Assembly (NCBI GenBank): GCA_044359815.1
Contig: JBIKLL010000058.1
Location: forward strand, 1-17,755
DNA: 17,755 nt
Source of the DNA: Pseudobdellovibrionaceae bacterium
GTDB lineage: Bacteria; Bdellovibrionota; Bdellovibrionia; Bdellovibrionales; Bdellovibrionaceae
Direction of reading: 5' to 3'
The notes under the pieces are model-generated. The model was not told the origin of the DNA. It saw only the letters and a program-made list of their open reading frames with translations, and searched no databases. The translations under genes were made by a program, and so were the position numbers. Positions 16,063 to 17,755 of this stretch are shown in pieces; the first letter of the stretch is position 1; every line of letters starts with the position of its first letter.

Positions 16063-16095
16063 CAGACTATCCTTCCGTGGACTGTGCTTTATTTA

Positions 16096-16136
16096 ATGTT
16101 ACAGAATCTTTGACGGGCCTGTCAAAAATCAGGCCC
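16096..16136 (-). promoter_or_regulatory. Putative sigma70 promoter of the response regulator, overlapped by inverted repeats
   Basis: On the minus strand: TTGACA (16125-16120), 18 bp spacer, TAACAT (16101-16096). Palindrome tttgac-N6-gtcaaa (16109-16126) and gggcctg-N8-caggccc (16115-16136) overlap it. Confidence 0.5.
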
Positions 16137-16153
16137 AGTCCTGGTCCCCACAA

Positions 16154-17755
16154 TTAAAAAACTGGACGGGGGATTGAAATAATTGCCGTCACTCCATCGA
16201 TTCCGATCTTGTTAAACCGAATGCTACCTTGGTGTTCGTGGATTATTTGATTGGCTATGCTTTGGCTCAGTGTCGAGCTGCTGACAGCTCCTAGACCGTT
16301 GTCTGTGATAGAAACTTCAAAATGCGAATCGGATTTTTGAAACTCCACAGTTATTTTACCGCGAAATTTATTATCCAAAGCCAATTTCTGAACCACTGAT
16401 TCAATCGAATTTTGCAAAATATTTCTGAAAGCTTCAGACAGCAGATTGAATCGACCTTTAAACATCAGTTCATCGGGGTGGGATGCAATTTTGATTTCTA
16501 TGCCTTTGCTTTTGGTTTGCAGTTCTAAAACCTTGATTGCCCGAGTGACTGTGTCCACTAAATTAAATTTTGTGATCTGATCATTGGCTGGGTCTCTGGC
16601 AAAATTCAGCAGGTTTTCAATGATATCACGGCATCTAAACACACCCTGTTCCATTTCTGAAATATCCTTGTATTTTTCATCGGATTTTTCCAGATCCATT
16701 TTTATCAACTGAACCAAGGATAAAATTCCTGCCAGGGGGTTGTTCAGTTCATGGGCAATGCTGCCGCCAATAGTGCCGATTTCAGCCAGTTTTGCTGATT
16801 CGACGATTTTTCTTTCCAGTTCAACCTGCGCTGTTACCTCGTGGTACAAATTAATATATGTGGTCCCATAGTCAGGATCACTGACTGTCTTGTGCGAAAT
16901 TACATCCCAAATGGTTTTCTTCTCGGAGCTGTTAGTGATTCTGAATGAGCTTCCCAACTTGCAACCTTCACAGGGCTGAGATCTGGCAAATAAGGTCTCA
17001 TAGCAGGTTTTTTTCAATCCGTGTTGCTGTCTGGTTTCAAAAGCGTGATTGGCTTGAACGATTTGATAGTTCTGATTAATCAAAACAATCGGATCAGCAA
17101 CAGCATTAAAGGTTGTTTGCCATTGTTCCTTTAGTGAAAGAGTTTGTTCCAGTTTTTTTAACCGATCTACCGAAATAGAAAGTGCCTCTGACAGTTTGTT
17201 TAAAAACTCAGTTTCGTCTTTGGTAAAAGGCCGGCCTTCCTCGCGATAAAACACGGCTGTGCCTAAGATTTCTTGATTTTTAACAAGGGGAACTCTGATT
17301 GCTGAAAAACCAATTCTGTTTGGTACTATCAAAGGGTGCAAAACTATTCGAACTGATTTCAGATCAAAAGAATATTTCAGTGAATCCATCAGTCCCTGTT
17401 CAATTGATGAAAGCGAGATTCCCTGTTGAATGGCAATCAAGGTTTGTTTGGTGAGCTCCCATTTAGTTTGCGCAATAAAGGTTTTTTTTCTGGCTTCCAA
17501 CAAAAAGGCCTGCCTTTTTTCAACCCTTTCTTCCAAATCCTGCAGAGATCTTTTGAGCTGGGCATTGAGCTCTTGAACCATTGATTCCAAAACCTGCTCT
17601 TGTTTTCTTTTTTGGGCCTGTTCAATTGCTGACAATACAGCTTGTTTGATTTCATACAGATTCTGTTGGTCAATCAGCTGTACGACTTTCAATTGAGCGC
17701 AACCCTCTAAAACGGACTCCAGATTATTTGAACTGGAATGCAGAATGATCACGGA
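16154..17755 (-). CDS. Sensor histidine kinase (GAF-like + PAS + HisKA + degenerate HATPase), 5'-truncated
   Basis: Frame is open to the window edge. PAS start WQTTFNAVADPIVLI with a C-X10-C-X2-C cluster. H-box AHELNNPL, N-box NILQNSIES and G1 DNGLG are present; F and G2 boxes are missing. Confidence 0.88.
   Translation of the reverse strand, partial: SVIILHSSSNNLESVLEGCAQLKVVQLIDQQNLYEIKQAVLSAIEQAQKRKQEQVLESMVQELNAQLKRSLQDLEERVEKRQAFLLEARKKTFIAQTKWELTKQTLIAIQQGISLSSIEQGLMDSLKYSFDLKSVRIVLHPLIVPNRIGFSAIRVPLVKNQEILGTAVFYREEGRPFTKDETEFLNKLSEALSISVDRLKKLEQTLSLKEQWQTTFNAVADPIVLINQNYQIVQANHAFETRQQHGLKKTCYETLFARSQPCEGCKLGSSFRITNSSEKKTIWDVISHKTVSDPDYGTTYINLYHEVTAQVELERKIVESAKLAEIGTIGGSIAHELNNPLAGILSLVQLIKMDLEKSDEKYKDISEMEQGVFRCRDIIENLLNFARDPANDQITKFNLVDTVTRAIKVLELQTKSKGIEIKIASHPDELMFKGRFNLLSEAFRNILQNSIESVVQKLALDNKFRGKITVEFQKSDSHFEVSITDNGLGAVSSSTLSQSIANQIIHEHQGSIRFNKIGIDGVTAIISIPRPVF

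Noticed and set aside
14840..16096. Several short plus-strand ORFs
   Set aside because: They lie antisense to the well-supported NtrC-family gene and have no independent evidence.

Overview
This window looks like bacterial chromosomal DNA. The gene styles suggest a Bdellovibrionota-like organism, which is an inference. It falls into two parts. (1) 1-3665 is an accessory-looking block. It holds a 5'-truncated hypothetical CDS, a secreted 8-Cys protein and a Kbl-like PLP-family protein that has lost its Schiff-base lysine. These are followed by a ~610 bp non-coding region built from three repeat layers: 3+ tandem 77-79 bp units, ~45 bp degenerate units and a (GATTCCC)9 heptamer tract. That region lies directly upstream of a stand-alone Y1/HUH (RAYT/IS200-like) transposase-family gene. 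(2) 3666-17755 is a housekeeping-type block. It holds poly(A) polymerase with an RGG-rich tail, an alpha/beta hydrolase, an RhlB-like DEAD-box helicase, a small exported protein, a lipoprotein S8 subtilase with a PA domain, a TolB-like protein, mutY, an agmatinase-family hydrolase, a sigma54 NtrC-family response regulator and a 5'-truncated PAS histidine kinase with an eroded ATP-binding lid. The best candidates for a novel system are the repeat-array plus HUH-nuclease module, the pseudo-Kbl operon, and the neighbouring RNA-decay enzymes with disordered or amphipathic tails. All family calls come from motif recognition by eye; no database searches were run.
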